Shown here piece by piece: positions 34,691 through 46,468 of a DNA stretch of 64,000 nt. The notes beneath the pieces are model-generated. The model saw nothing but the letters and a program-made list of their open reading frames with translations. It was not told where the DNA came from and ran no database searches. The stretch's first letter is position 1. Each line of letters starts with the position of its first letter. The DNA lies in NCBI GenBank assembly GCA_000708835.1, contig DF236972.1:62001-126000 (forward strand). Reading direction: 5' to 3'. This DNA is from Klebsormidium nitens (Eukaryota; Plantae; Klebsormidiophyceae). Both the position numbers and the translations under genes were made by a program.

Positions 34691-37600
34691 TTATGGGGCG
34701 CATGCGGCCGTGGCTCCAGGAACGGGGCAAGACGACTTGGCGCAGCACACAAAGAACGAGCCAACTTCGTTGTAGCACGTGTAAGGGAGAGCCGACCTCG
34801 GGTCACACCTGTAATGTCAACACGGTGGACTCTCGCGATCAGCAAGGCCCTTGACTCTCCACTCTGCTGAGAACTTAAAGCAAAGCTTTCAAGCTTTTGA
34901 ACAGAAACACGGCCGAAGAACTATGAAATCCGCGAGCGGCGCAGTCTGATTCAGAAAAGAGATCGAAGTATTTGGAACGTTCCAGGAAAGTTTCAAGTCC
35001 ATGCCAAATTCAGCTTCGAACTTCCGATATCTATCCTGTAACCTAAGTACCAAGGCGGATGCCGAATCGGGGACCGAAAGCTCGCCACGTCGTGCTCTGC
35101 CCTCGCAAGATGCACTTCTGAAGCACAAAGTCGCGTGCAAAACCAAGCACGAAGCATCGCGAGACGGGTCTCATTATGGTCCTTGTATGAGATCACTGGG
35201 CATGGTGACGTCAGCAAGGGCGCCCATCTCGTCAGCGGGGCTTAGGGGTGCTTACGCGTAGCCAGCGCCGGTGGCGTACGTGGGCGTCGGCGCTGGAGCG
35301 CCTGTAGCGACAGGCGCTGCCGTGGTGACAGCTGGCGCCGCGGTGGTGACAGCTGGCGCTGTGGTGGTAACAGCTGGCGCTCCGGTGGTGACAGCTGGCG
35401 TAGGGGCCGCGGTGGGGTCTCCCGCGCATCTAGCCACCGGGCCTGGGGCGGGGCACTGGGGATCCGCGCAGCAAGCGAAGGACGAGCCGCCGCTATTGTA
35501 GCACGTGAAGCGGAGGGCCGAACTCGGATCGCACCTGCGCGGGGAGAATAAACGCAGTATTTTAGTTTGAGAATATGGCGGCCCCAGAAAATAGGCTCGA
35601 GAGGCGTCGCTCCTCGCATATCTAGATGCTTACTTTTCCTAGCTTGGAAGTCAAGCGAGCACTTTTGAGAGCTCGGACGGGCGACTCTGAGATTTCTTCG
35701 ACCGGCGCTTGTCTGCAGACCATCTTTACACCCTCGCATACCGTCTTTAGGCCGGCGTAAACAAAGAGCAGTCCACTAGGATTAGACCGTTCTGAACGGC
35801 GGTGCTAGACTTGGGGTGCTAGACAGAGCAATATGGGGCAAGCTGCCCGTAGAGAAGATCCGGAGGAAACTCACGCGTTGCCAGAGCCGGTGGCGTAAGT
35901 AACTGACGGAGCCGGGGCGCCAGTAGCAATTGGTGGTGCGGTCGTGACAGCTGGCGCTGCGGTTGTAACAGCTGGCGCTGCGGTCGTGACAGCTGGCGCT
36001 GCTGTGGTGGCAGCCGGAGTCGAGGTCGGGGTACCGGTGACAGCTGGCGTGGGGGTTGGTCCTTGAGTTGAGGTGTCTCCAGCGCACTTGGGAACCGGGC
36101 CTGGGACAGGGCACCTCGAGTCCGGGCAGCAGGTGAAGAGCGAACCAACGTCGTTGTAGCAGGTGTAAGGGAGCGAAGAGGACGGGTCGCACCTGTCATT
36201 CAAGCAAGGGGGTGCTGATGATCAGTGACGTACGTGCAGGTGAAGCCCTCTCCTGAAGCTTGAGAAAGTTTCGTTGGCGGCCGAATGTTTGGAGCAGAAT
36301 GTTTGGGGCAGGAGAAAAGTGCAGATTTCTGGGACGAGAAGGGTCCTTGCCGATTTCCCAAACTTGAAACCATGCGCAAGTCGAAACGACAGACATTTCC
36401 TATGTTTTGAAAGTGATTCCATGTTGACATGAAATGACGCCCACGAACAGAAGGCAGCAGAAGGCTGATCAGTAGCTATAGGGTCTAGCTAGTAGTGCGA
36501 GCCGCCGGATGGTCTTGAAACCTCAGAGAGCTTTTGGGGAGACAAAGATATATGGAAAGTGAAGGCCTCTTCTTGGTCCGCAAACTCAAGTAGCCAGATC
36601 CCCAGCGCTGATATGCCATGGAATCTGACTCCAGACCAGCAATCATGCCGACTTCTGCTTTGTCTGACAGCTTTATTGAGGCCCACTGACAACTTTCCAC
36701 GTGCATTCTAGCATGGTTTTTAGACGGCAGTGACGTCACCTGCCCACAAAAGCGAGCTATTTCCTCACGTTGCAGGAGAGGCGGTGACTCTTGGTTGCAT
36801 GAAACCAACCACTGGAAAGCAAAGAAGCTCACCTCTGCATTATGCACATGCCTGACAAAACGGAGAGCACGTTCCTCTTGTTCTACTTGCAGGTAGGGCA
36901 GGAGTTCCTCTGGTTTGAAACAATTTTTCATATGCCTGCTCCTGCAACAATGGTTACTAGTTAGAGGGACATGTAAGCTTACGCTGCTCCCGCTGTAGTC
37001 GCAAATGTAGGGAAAGGGCCCGTGGCGGTGGGGACCGGAGGAGGGGGCGCAGACGTGAGGACGGGAGGGGGGGGCGCACTTGTGGGGACTGCAAAGAACA
37101 TCATTAGTAGGGAATCAGCGCTTGCTCTCTTTGTGCTTTCCAAAAAGTGCAAAGGGTTACAGTGACAAGACAATAAGAAAAGATGAGCAGCTGCATAATT
37201 GACGTTATGGGCTCCGTAGAATCTAATCTGGCTGTCTTGGTTTCAGATGTATTAAGAGCTCTGACAACAGCATCTTGACGTGCATAATGCATCTTCAGAT
37301 TCTGATAGAAGTTGCTCAAGGTTCTCCGGGCTGCAAGCAAGCCCTAATCCATGGATGTCGGACCTTCAAATGCTCAACAGCGGAAGGCAAACTTTTCCCC
37401 AAATCCTACATCATTATGCTGATTTCCATGATTATTCACATTACTCACTCATTCCAGCACACAATTCAACTCCGCAAACCCTCTCATACATAGAATGGGC
37501 CAAGTCTGAAGCACACATTTGCAAAGAAACAATGGAGCCTGACAAATGATTCAAATGTAATCTCATCGGTCAGACAGTTCAAGGTTCAAGAAACCCCACT

Positions 37601-38393
37601 TTCACAACAAGGCCCCTGAGCTTCAGCGCTTATGCAGGCAAATCAAGTCCTCCACCAGCTTTGCGCCAACTTGGCAAGCTTTTTACAATCTCTTTCTACC
37701 CAAATGCAGCACACTGACAAGTGTTGGAAACATACAACGGGGATTCCCTGTTTCTCTGTTTGCCAAATACTCACCTTGCTCAGTGCACTTGTAGGGGCCC
37801 ACGTTGCTTGCCCCCACGGGCACACAATTTGCTTCATCACAGCACTGGTCGTCGCATATGATTTTCCCCGGCTTACAGCACATCTCCCGTGCAGTAGGAC
37901 TGGCTATCCCTGTAAGGGGTCGGGTGCACTGCGTCTCTTCGCCCTGGTCACAGCAGAAACCGAGGTCCGTTGGGCTCTGATACCCGCACTGCTGCAAATA
38001 GCAGCAGAAGCTCCCAAATCTCCCGACACTGCAGGTGTTCCCCCCGTATTTCAAGAGGTCGAAGGGCAGGCAGGCAGTGCACGCCTCCGGGGGGGGAGTC
38101 AAGCAGGTCGCGAAAGGGGAGTTTTGATACACACAAGCCATGTTATCGGCGCAGCAGGTTGGTGTGTAGTTTGAGAGCCCTTGGCTGCCAGGGGCGGTTT
38201 TGCGGCAGACCTGCAGGGGATTGCAGCACTGGGTCCCGTTAAACTCTTGGGAATACTGAAAGGGGGGGCATTGTAGGGGTGTGGGAGCAGGGGTGGGGAC
38301 ATCGGCCGGGGCGGGCGCGGGAGCCGCGAACGAGACGCAGCTCGGGGAGAAACGCAGGAGCAGCACGAGCAGGAGAGCCACCGGCGCTGCCAT
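34691..38393 (-). CDS. Secreted modular Cys-rich/AGP-like protein, copy A; exons 38393-37775, 37088-36983, 36192-35875, 35534-35256, 34808-34691
   Basis: Signal peptide, AP/PT motif, 24-Cys domain, Pro/Thr linker, three C-x9-C-x9-CC-x4-C-x8-C modules separated by (TTAAPAV)n; junction phases 1,2,2,2 join into one ORF. Confidence 0.85.
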
Positions 38394-40288
38394 GTTGCGA
38401 TGGGAGTGCTGAGGAAGGGAAGGCAATATTCTGGAGCTAGTAGGCGCTTCTTTCCTTGGGAGCTTGGAATGCGAGTCTTGCGATTCTGGCAGCGCCGGGA
38501 GCGTTGAATGGTAGGACATGATTGGCTCCTCGTCATATATAAGCGACGGTACCTGGGCTGGTCCTGACAATGGGAGATACTCTTCCCGCTTGGTCTAAGA
38601 GCTGTCGAGCTAAATTTAAGTTCGTGGTTGCAGCTTGCGACTCTTGCGATACCCGCAGATCATGGGTTTGAGCAGCTGACTTGGAAGCTAGGTCCGAATC
38701 TGATCAATAATGCAGTACTCGAATCCCCTTTCGATTATTGAACGCCGACAAATGAGAACGTGAAGTGGTGCATATAAGGGGGCGACCGATAAGTGATTAT
38801 TGCCCTATTGTTAAGCGGACCCGTTATTACCGGATCACCTCGAGTGCTTATATTGTGAGACTGTTGTGGTCGAACCTGACTTTTCAGGACGACATTTCCG
38901 CAAGCAATCCGAGACCACGCTGAACTCCACCTAGGTATGGTACGGTAAGAAATACTTGCACCCATTATCGGCCAGCTCCTATTTCCGGCCACCCCGAATT
39001 CGTATGGAAACCGAGTCTCGATCGATTGAAACTCGGTTCGTGGCCGAACATTCGCCACTTTAGCAGGCGGAAAGGGGTGCTCAGTGAGGGTTGAAGATCT
39101 TGCTTGTTGGCGACCAAACTTGGTACTTTGGAGGGCAGGGTCAAGATCTACCTCCAGTTCAAAACCGGACCCAATTTGACCAAGTATGCTGCATTTGGCT
39201 AGCTTATGCAGGTGGCCGATGATAGGAACATGGTAAAAAATCCGGTCAAAATCTGTGATCTTATACCATACATGAAAAACGTCATTTTGTGCAAAAGTGT
39301 TTTATATGGATGGAAAGAGCATTCGACGAGCTTTCTATCCATATATCACATGCATACAGAAACTTGAGTCGAAATCGAAAACCTGTTGTCAAGCTGAAGG
39401 TGGCCGATAATGGGTGCAAGTAGGTCGACCTAGGATCTTCAAGGGCAAGCTGCAACAACAACTGGAGTTCGTTTGGTCCGGAGGAGAAGCTTTTGCAAGC
39501 CGGCCTCAAAAGACTTATGATTTGTCTCATATTGGATCGGGGGATTGTACTCTGAATTTAAATGAACAAAGACATACCCGGACCCCGGTCCATTTTGAGA
39601 TTAGAATTTAGGTACGTCGCCAGCAATTCACTTCCTGGCCCGAACATGATACATGATGCATCATACATGACAGGTACATGCTCGTAAATGCAGGTACGAT
39701 ATACGTGCAAAGGTCTCCTTTGATTGGACCCGATTAAGACGTTCCCTGTGTCACAGGGCCTAGCCACTCTCCCCGCTATCTCATATCCTGATTCCAGACT
39801 GACACATTTCCAGGTTTACCGGCGCAGAACTGCTAGGTACATAATTAGTACAGACTGATAGGTACTACTAGTACCTACTGGTAATGGTATCACAGGTAGG
39901 TAGCCATGCTTGCTCAATGCTCCCCTGCGCGTCTGGGGTACCGGTATACCGACAGTAACCGTACGATACGGTACCTACCTACTAAATACGGTACTGGGCA
40001 TCAGGTAGGTATGCATGGTTAATGCAACGTGCCTCTGGGACTCTGGGTCAGTACTGTGACCTGTCACAAATCCTGCGGTATGTACTAGTAATACCTACGT
40101 GCCGACAAAACCAGCATTGCCACCTGGCACCAACTCTGCCGGCGCCGGCATCTTACCAGCCGCCCTTCGTTTCTGCCTGCTCAGTGCTGAGTGGGATTTT
40201 CTACCGGTCCCTCCAAAGCCCCCGGATCCAATTCACCGGGTATTTGGACAGTACCCATCTCTGCCTAATCGGCCAGCCGCGGTAGGTA

Positions 40289-40495
40289 CCCGTACCAATT
40301 GTCCGATTGGGCAACAATTCAATATCTTTTCACTTGCCCAAAAATCTGAAATGAAAATAAATTCCAATTAAAGACTTGTACTTCGTTTTGCCCCGTAAGA
40401 AAAACAAAAAAATGATAAATGAAGCTGCTCAAATTTCATGAGAAACGAAATAAATTATTGGGCAAAAATCCGCCCAACCGGACAATCGGTACGGG
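40289..40495. mobile_element. Tc1/mariner-type (Stowaway-like) MITE, ~207 bp
   Basis: TIR CCCGTACC(A/G)ATTGTCCG(A/G)TTGGGC, TA on both flanks, AT-rich interior. Confidence 0.7.
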
Positions 40496-40548
40496 TAGTA
40501 TGATGAATCGAGCGGCGGTAGTACGCGGTACCCTGTCGCCGTCGCAGC

Positions 40549-40735
40549 TCAATTCAATTCAATTTATTTTTTAGTCCCGTAGGAGCCATGGGTGGCTCAT
40601 GAGACAAGGTCTGAATGTTGTCTCGAGTCCTAAACGCCTCTCTAACAAAGCTAGCAACCCTCTGTTGGTTCTCCTGACCTATAAAATGACGCAGACTAAA
40701 TGCGGACTGGCCAACAAACAAATCCATGTACCGCT
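40549..40735 (-). mobile_element. 5'-truncated LINE 3' end (RTE/RTEX-like remnant)
   Basis: Minus-strand frame RYMDLF...FIGQENQQRVASFVREAFRTR resembling LINE ORF2 C-termini, stem-loop GAGCCA-CCCA-TGGCTC, then AATAAA and (TTGAA)n tail. Confidence 0.45.
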
Positions 40736-42754
40736 CATGCGCCGGTTTTCCAGCCGGAGTCTCAGCCGGCTAGGTGCCTTCGGCACCGGTTGGAATCTGG
40801 ACGCCAGCTCCAGCCGGCGGGTTCCACACATGAAACAGGTACGTACGGTCGTGGCAATTTGGCAAACACTGTGGTAACGGTTCCCGCCGTTATTCCACGC
40901 GTCGCTGAACCGTCTTTTCTGGAGCCAGGTACTACTAGGCGTGCGTGCTCCAGAGTCCCTGGGGTGTACATGTCAGGACTCAGGACTCAGAGGCTCACTT
41001 GAATAGGTAGGTAGCATTATTGAGAACGTTCCGGCACTTGCCTTCTCCTGAGTCCTTTTTGGGCCGGTTCATCCAGGCCAGCATTCGACACGGAGTTTTT
41101 ATTTTGTCGGCCCCAGGCCGAATGTTCTCTGGTCAGTCGGCTGGCCGCTGGACCATTGAACCGGTCGGTTTGTGTCAGCCCAGGCCCCAACACCCCATTC
41201 AACATTGACCACGAAAACACCTTGATTCTGTCGGCCGACGCCCCTCAGCTGACGTTTGCCTGGTGTATTACGGCTCATGTCGACAGTCGAACACTGCGAA
41301 TTTCTGCGATTCCCAGGCCGGGCACATCTGTCGATAAAACGCCCCAGAAGAAAGCGCCAGGAGTCCAGGACTTGTCAGGGCGGCGGGCGCGTTCAATCAG
41401 GAATCAGGATAGGTACCTAACCACTGTGAAACTTAAAGTCGGTACACTAGTTACATGTACAAGCAGGCACGCGTCTGAGCAGTGAGCAACTGTCAACAGT
41501 ATAAGGTTGACTTGGAACCAGGTACACGATGGGTGACTCACCATTAGGTACCGTATACCTCCCTAGGTACCAGGTACTCATAGCGGTATCCTGGGACCTG
41601 ACCACTGACCAGTAGTGGTTTTTCTTTCAATTTTAGGTACCTAGGTACCTAGTACGTCACCGTACGTGTAACGTACGCTGCACGGGTTCACGGAACGCTG
41701 GTAGAGGACGGTGTACCATAGCTACTGTGATTGGCCAGCCTACGTAGTACGTACGCTGGCGCTGTACGGCAGCATGCAGACAGGCATGGCTACTACCGGT
41801 AATCATAATGGATTGCTCAGCTGAGTCAGCTCCCAGCTGGCGCCGCCCCAACGTTTTCCTACTGTGAGTGGCTGAGCCTGAAACACATTAGGTACCGTAG
41901 ATCCGTCAAGCAAGACCAGCACTGAGCACAGACCTAACTATCTAATCATAAATGCGTACCTACGGCCTTCTCCAGAAACCTACCTGGACCACCTCCGACA
42001 ACTGTGGGCCTTACTTACTACATGCATAATGCAGCATATTTGTGAAATTTATTTCTGGAGGCTACTCTCGGATTGCCTGCGGAGAAGCTGTGGGTCCCGA
42101 AATTATAGGAGCATGTCAGATTCGCCCACATGTACAGCAATCTCCACATAAGCGCTCAGAATTAGTGAAGGTGATCCCGACTGATTTACGGTAAACGGGT
42201 CCGTTTGAAGAGTTGGGTACGTCCTTGGATTCGCCTACATCATTCGTATGTACTATGTAGCAACTCTGCGGTAACCTTGGAGTTACGAAGTCGGGATACT
42301 GATTTGGAAACAGTAGGGCCCATTAATCAGTTAATATCGATCGGTTGCGGCCTTATGTGCACCAACCGTTCTCATTGGTAGACGTTTAGTGAGATCAGCG
42401 GATTCAAATATTGCATTATTGATCGATATCAGATTTGGACCCATTTCAGACGACTGCTCAAACCCATGTTCTGCACTGTGCACTGTGCAGTGTGCAGGTA
42501 TCGAGAGTCGCGAGCTGCGTCCACGAGCTTGAAAGTTTGGCAGCTGTCAGAGTCCAGACCCAGCGGGATCGAAGAGTCTTCCCCATTTATGATTGTGAGG
42601 ACCACTGGCAGCCCAGGTATCGCTACGGTACCTATATAACGAGGAGCTTTTCCAACCAACCAGCGCCTCCACAATCTCACCAATCGCATTCCAAACTCCC
42701 AAGGAAAGAAGCGCCTCCAGAATGGCTTCCCTTCCTCAGCACTCCCATCGCAAC

Positions 42755-45700
42755 ATGGCGGTGCCGGCGGCCCTCCTGCTCGTGCTGCTCCTGCGTTTCT
42801 CCCCGAGCTGCGTCTCGTTCGCGGCTCCCGCGGCCGCCCCGGCCGTGGTCCCCACCCCCGCGCCCACGCCCCTGCAATGCCCACCTGGGCAAGATTCCTA
42901 TAACTTTAACGGCACCCAGTGCTGCACGTATCGGCAGACGTGCCGCACTGGCCCCATAGGCAGCCGCGAGGCCTCAGACTTCACAGCAGTCTGCTGCCCC
43001 GATAGCACGGTCTGCGTCCTGGACGCTTCCCCTTTCGCGGCCTGCGTGACCCCCCCCCCGGAGCAGTGCACTGCCTGCTTGCCCTTCAACTCCTCAGACC
43101 CTTTTGGGAATGCAGCCTGCAATTTCGCGAATTTCGAGGGAGAGGGGCGCTTCTGCTGCGGTGATCAGCAGTGCGGGGGGGGGAGCCCGACGGACCCCGC
43201 TTTCTGCTGTGACCAGGGCGACGAGACGCAGTGCACCTATCCCATTCAAGGGATAGCGAGTCCTACTGCAGGGCAGAGGTGCTGCAAGCCGGGGAGAGTC
43301 ATATGCAACGACCGGTGCTGTGCTGCAGCAAACTGTGTGCCAGTGGCCGGCGCGGGCACCTTGGGTCCCTACACGTGCAATGAGCAAGGTGAGTATTTGG
43401 GAAGGAAGAAACAGGGGTTTTCTGCCCCCTGTATATTCCAACACCTGTCAGTGTGCTGCATTTGGGTAGAAACGAGTTGAAAGGAGCTGCTAGTAAGGTC
43501 CTTGCCAAATTGGGGCAAAGCTGGTTGAGGAGTTGTTTGCCAGCTGTGAAGCACTGAAGCTTTGAAGGGGCTTGTTGTAAAAGTCAATTTTCTTGATGCT
43601 TGTACTTCCTTACTGATTGGATTACATCTGGATTGCCTATCCGGCTACATTGTGTCTTTTGATTGGAACACTTCTGAATCGCCTACCAGGCTACATTGTG
43701 TCTTTTGAATCGTGTGCTTCCATTCCAAGTCCATTCTATGTATGAGAGAGCTTGAGGAGTTCAAACGTGTGCTGGAATAGGTGAGTAATGGGGATTATCA
43801 TGGATATTAGCATAATGAGGTAGGATTGGGGAAAAAGTTTGCCCCCTTCCGCTGTTGAGCATTGTATTTTGAGTTCAGACATCCATGGATCAGGGCTCGC
43901 TTTGCAGTCTTGAGACCCTTGAGCAACTTTTGTGAGAATCTGAAAATGCATTATGCACGTCAAGATGCTCATGTTAGAGCTCTTTAGATTTTGGAACCAG
44001 TGACAGCCGGATTGATTTCTACTGAGCCCATAACGTCAATAATGCAGCTGCTCAATCTACCTTATCGTGTTTTCAATGTAACCCTTTGCACGCTTTTGAA
44101 TAGACAAAGAAAGCAAGCACTGAGGCCTGTTGACGATTTCCTCTGCAGTCCCCACAAATGCGCCCCCTCCTCCGGTCCCCACCGCAACAGGCCCTTTCCC
44201 TACCTTTGCAACGAAGGCAGGAGCAGCGTAAGCTTACATGTCCCTGTAACCAATCACCATTGTTGCAAGAGTCATGCATAAGAAGTATCCTTTCAAGCCA
44301 AAGGAACTCCCTTCATACTTGCTTGAAGAACAAGAGAAAGTGAGCTCCATTTTGTCAGGCAGGTGACTAATGCAGAGTTGAGCTTCTTTCCAGCGGTCGG
44401 TTTCATGTATTGATAAGTCAACCTGAGAGAATAGTTTCCCTTTGTAGGCAGGTGACGTCACTGCCGTATGTTATTCAGTAAGCCAGATTGCACATGACAC
44501 GTCGTCAGAGGGCCTCGATAAGGCAGTCGGGCATTGCAGAAGTTGGAGTTGCTGGTCTAGAGACAAATTTAATGTTGGCTACTTGAGTTTGCAGACCAAG
44601 AAAAGGCCTTCGCTTTAACAATGGAGCTTTGCGTCCCCAAACGCTTTCTGATCGAGATTTCAAGAGCAGCTGGTGGCTCAGCGCACTACCAGACCCTACA
44701 AGTCACTGATGCACTTCTGCCTTCTGTTCGTCCACATTGTACTGAAGCTAACATGACAGCACTTTTCAAACATAGGAGCTGAGTTTCATTTGTCACTTTC
44801 ATTCGTCTTGCTCAGAGTTTTCAACTTCGGGGGAACGTCCAAAGAGAGCGGTTTTCGTCCCAGAATCCTGCACCTTTCTGCCCCAAACTTTCGGCCGCCA
44901 ATGACACTTTCTCAAGCCTCAGGAGGGCTTGACCTGTACGTATGCTGATCGTTGGCCACCTTTATCTGAAATGACAGGTGCGACCCGTCCTCGTCGCTCC
45001 CTTTCACCTGCTACAACGACGTCGGTTCGTCCTTCGCCTGCTGCCCCGACCCGAAGTGCCCTTTCCCGGGCCCAGTTGCCAAGTGCGCCGGAGACACCTC
45101 GCCAACTGTCACCGGTACCCCCGCGCCGACTGCCACCACGGCAGCGCCAGCTGTCACCACGGCAGCGCCGGCTGTCACGACCGCAGCACCAGCTGTTACG
45201 ACCGCAGCGCCAGCTGTCACGACTGCAGCACCGGTTACCACTGGCGCCCCGGCTCCGTCCGTCACTTATGCCACCGGCTCTGGCAGCGCGTGAGCCTCTC
45301 GGATCTTCCTTGGGCATATCTTGCCCCATATTGCTCCATCATAGTATTTGCGCCTAGCGCCCCAAGTCTAGCACCGCCGTTCAGAACGGTCTAAGCCTGG
45401 ACTGCTTGTTGTCTCCGCCGACCAAAATTGGTTGAGAAGGTCTGCTAGGGGTAAAGACGGTCTGCAGACAAGCGCCGGTCGCGGAAGAAACCTCAGAGTC
45501 GTCCGTCCGAGCTCTCGAAAGTGCTAATTAAATCTCAAGCAACGTGAGCATCTAGAAATGAACGGAGCGGGCCTATTTTCTGGGGCGGCCATGCCAATTC
45601 AGGACTCTACGTTCCTCTCTTCGCGCAGGTGCGACCCAAACTCGGCGCTTCGCTTCACGTGCTTCAACAACAACGGCTCTTCCTTCGCTTGCTGCCCGGA

Positions 45701-46468
45701 TCCCCAGTGCCCCGCCCCAGGCCCGGTGGCTAGATGCGCGGGAGACCCCACCGCGGCCCCTACGCCAGCTGCCACCACCGGAGCGCCAGCTGTCACCACC
45801 GCAGCGCCAGCTGTCACCACAGCGGCGCCAGCTGTCACCACGGCAGCGCCTGTCGTTACAGGTGCTCCAGCGCCGGCGGCCACCTACGCCACCGGCGCTG
45901 GCTACGCGTAAGCACCCCAAGCCCCGCTGAACTTTCCTAGCTGACGAGATGGACGACCTGTGCTCGCGTCAGCATGTTCAGTAATCTCGAACAGGGACCG
46001 TATTGAGACCCGTCTTGCGATTGTTAACGATTGGTTATACACCCGGCTTTAGCTTCGAAAATGCAGCTTGCGCGGGAAGAGCACGACGCGGCGAAAGTCG
46101 GTCCGCGATTCGGCGTCCAACTTAAGATACACGCCAACTTTCAGGAGTTCAAATCTAAATTTGGCCAGCAGGCACTAGCTTGAAGAGTGTCCCGGAACGT
46201 TCCAAGGACTCTCCCTCTGAATCAGATGCGCCGCTCACGGATTTCCTGGTCCTTCGACGTGATTCTATCCGAAAGCTCTGCTCTCTCAGCTGAGTGGAGA
46301 CTCATGGTCCTTCTTGCTGATTGCAAAATCTCACCGTGTTGACATTACAGGTGTGACCCGAGGTCGGCTCTCCCTTACACGTGCTACAACGAACCTGGCT
46401 CGTTCTTTGTGTGCTGCGCCAAGTCGACCTGCCCCGTTCCTGGAGCCACGGCCGCATGCGCCCCATAA
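42755..46468 (+). CDS. Secreted modular Cys-rich/AGP-like protein, copy B; exons 42755-43388, 44149-44227, 44978-45289, 45629-45907, 46351-46468
   Basis: Same architecture and intron phases as copy A; 24 Cys in the first domain, three 6-Cys modules. Confidence 0.85.

Noticed and set aside
35242-45940. Arg/Gln/His-rich ORFs (RQLSPPQRQL, CHHRSAS)
   Set aside because: Alternative frames of the (TTAAPAV)n linker repeats.
44149-46468. Alternative terminal exons, since each small ORF ends in its own stop codon
   Set aside because: The stops come from reading into phase-2 donors (GC|GTAAG, GC|GTGAG); the exons join in series into one ORF.
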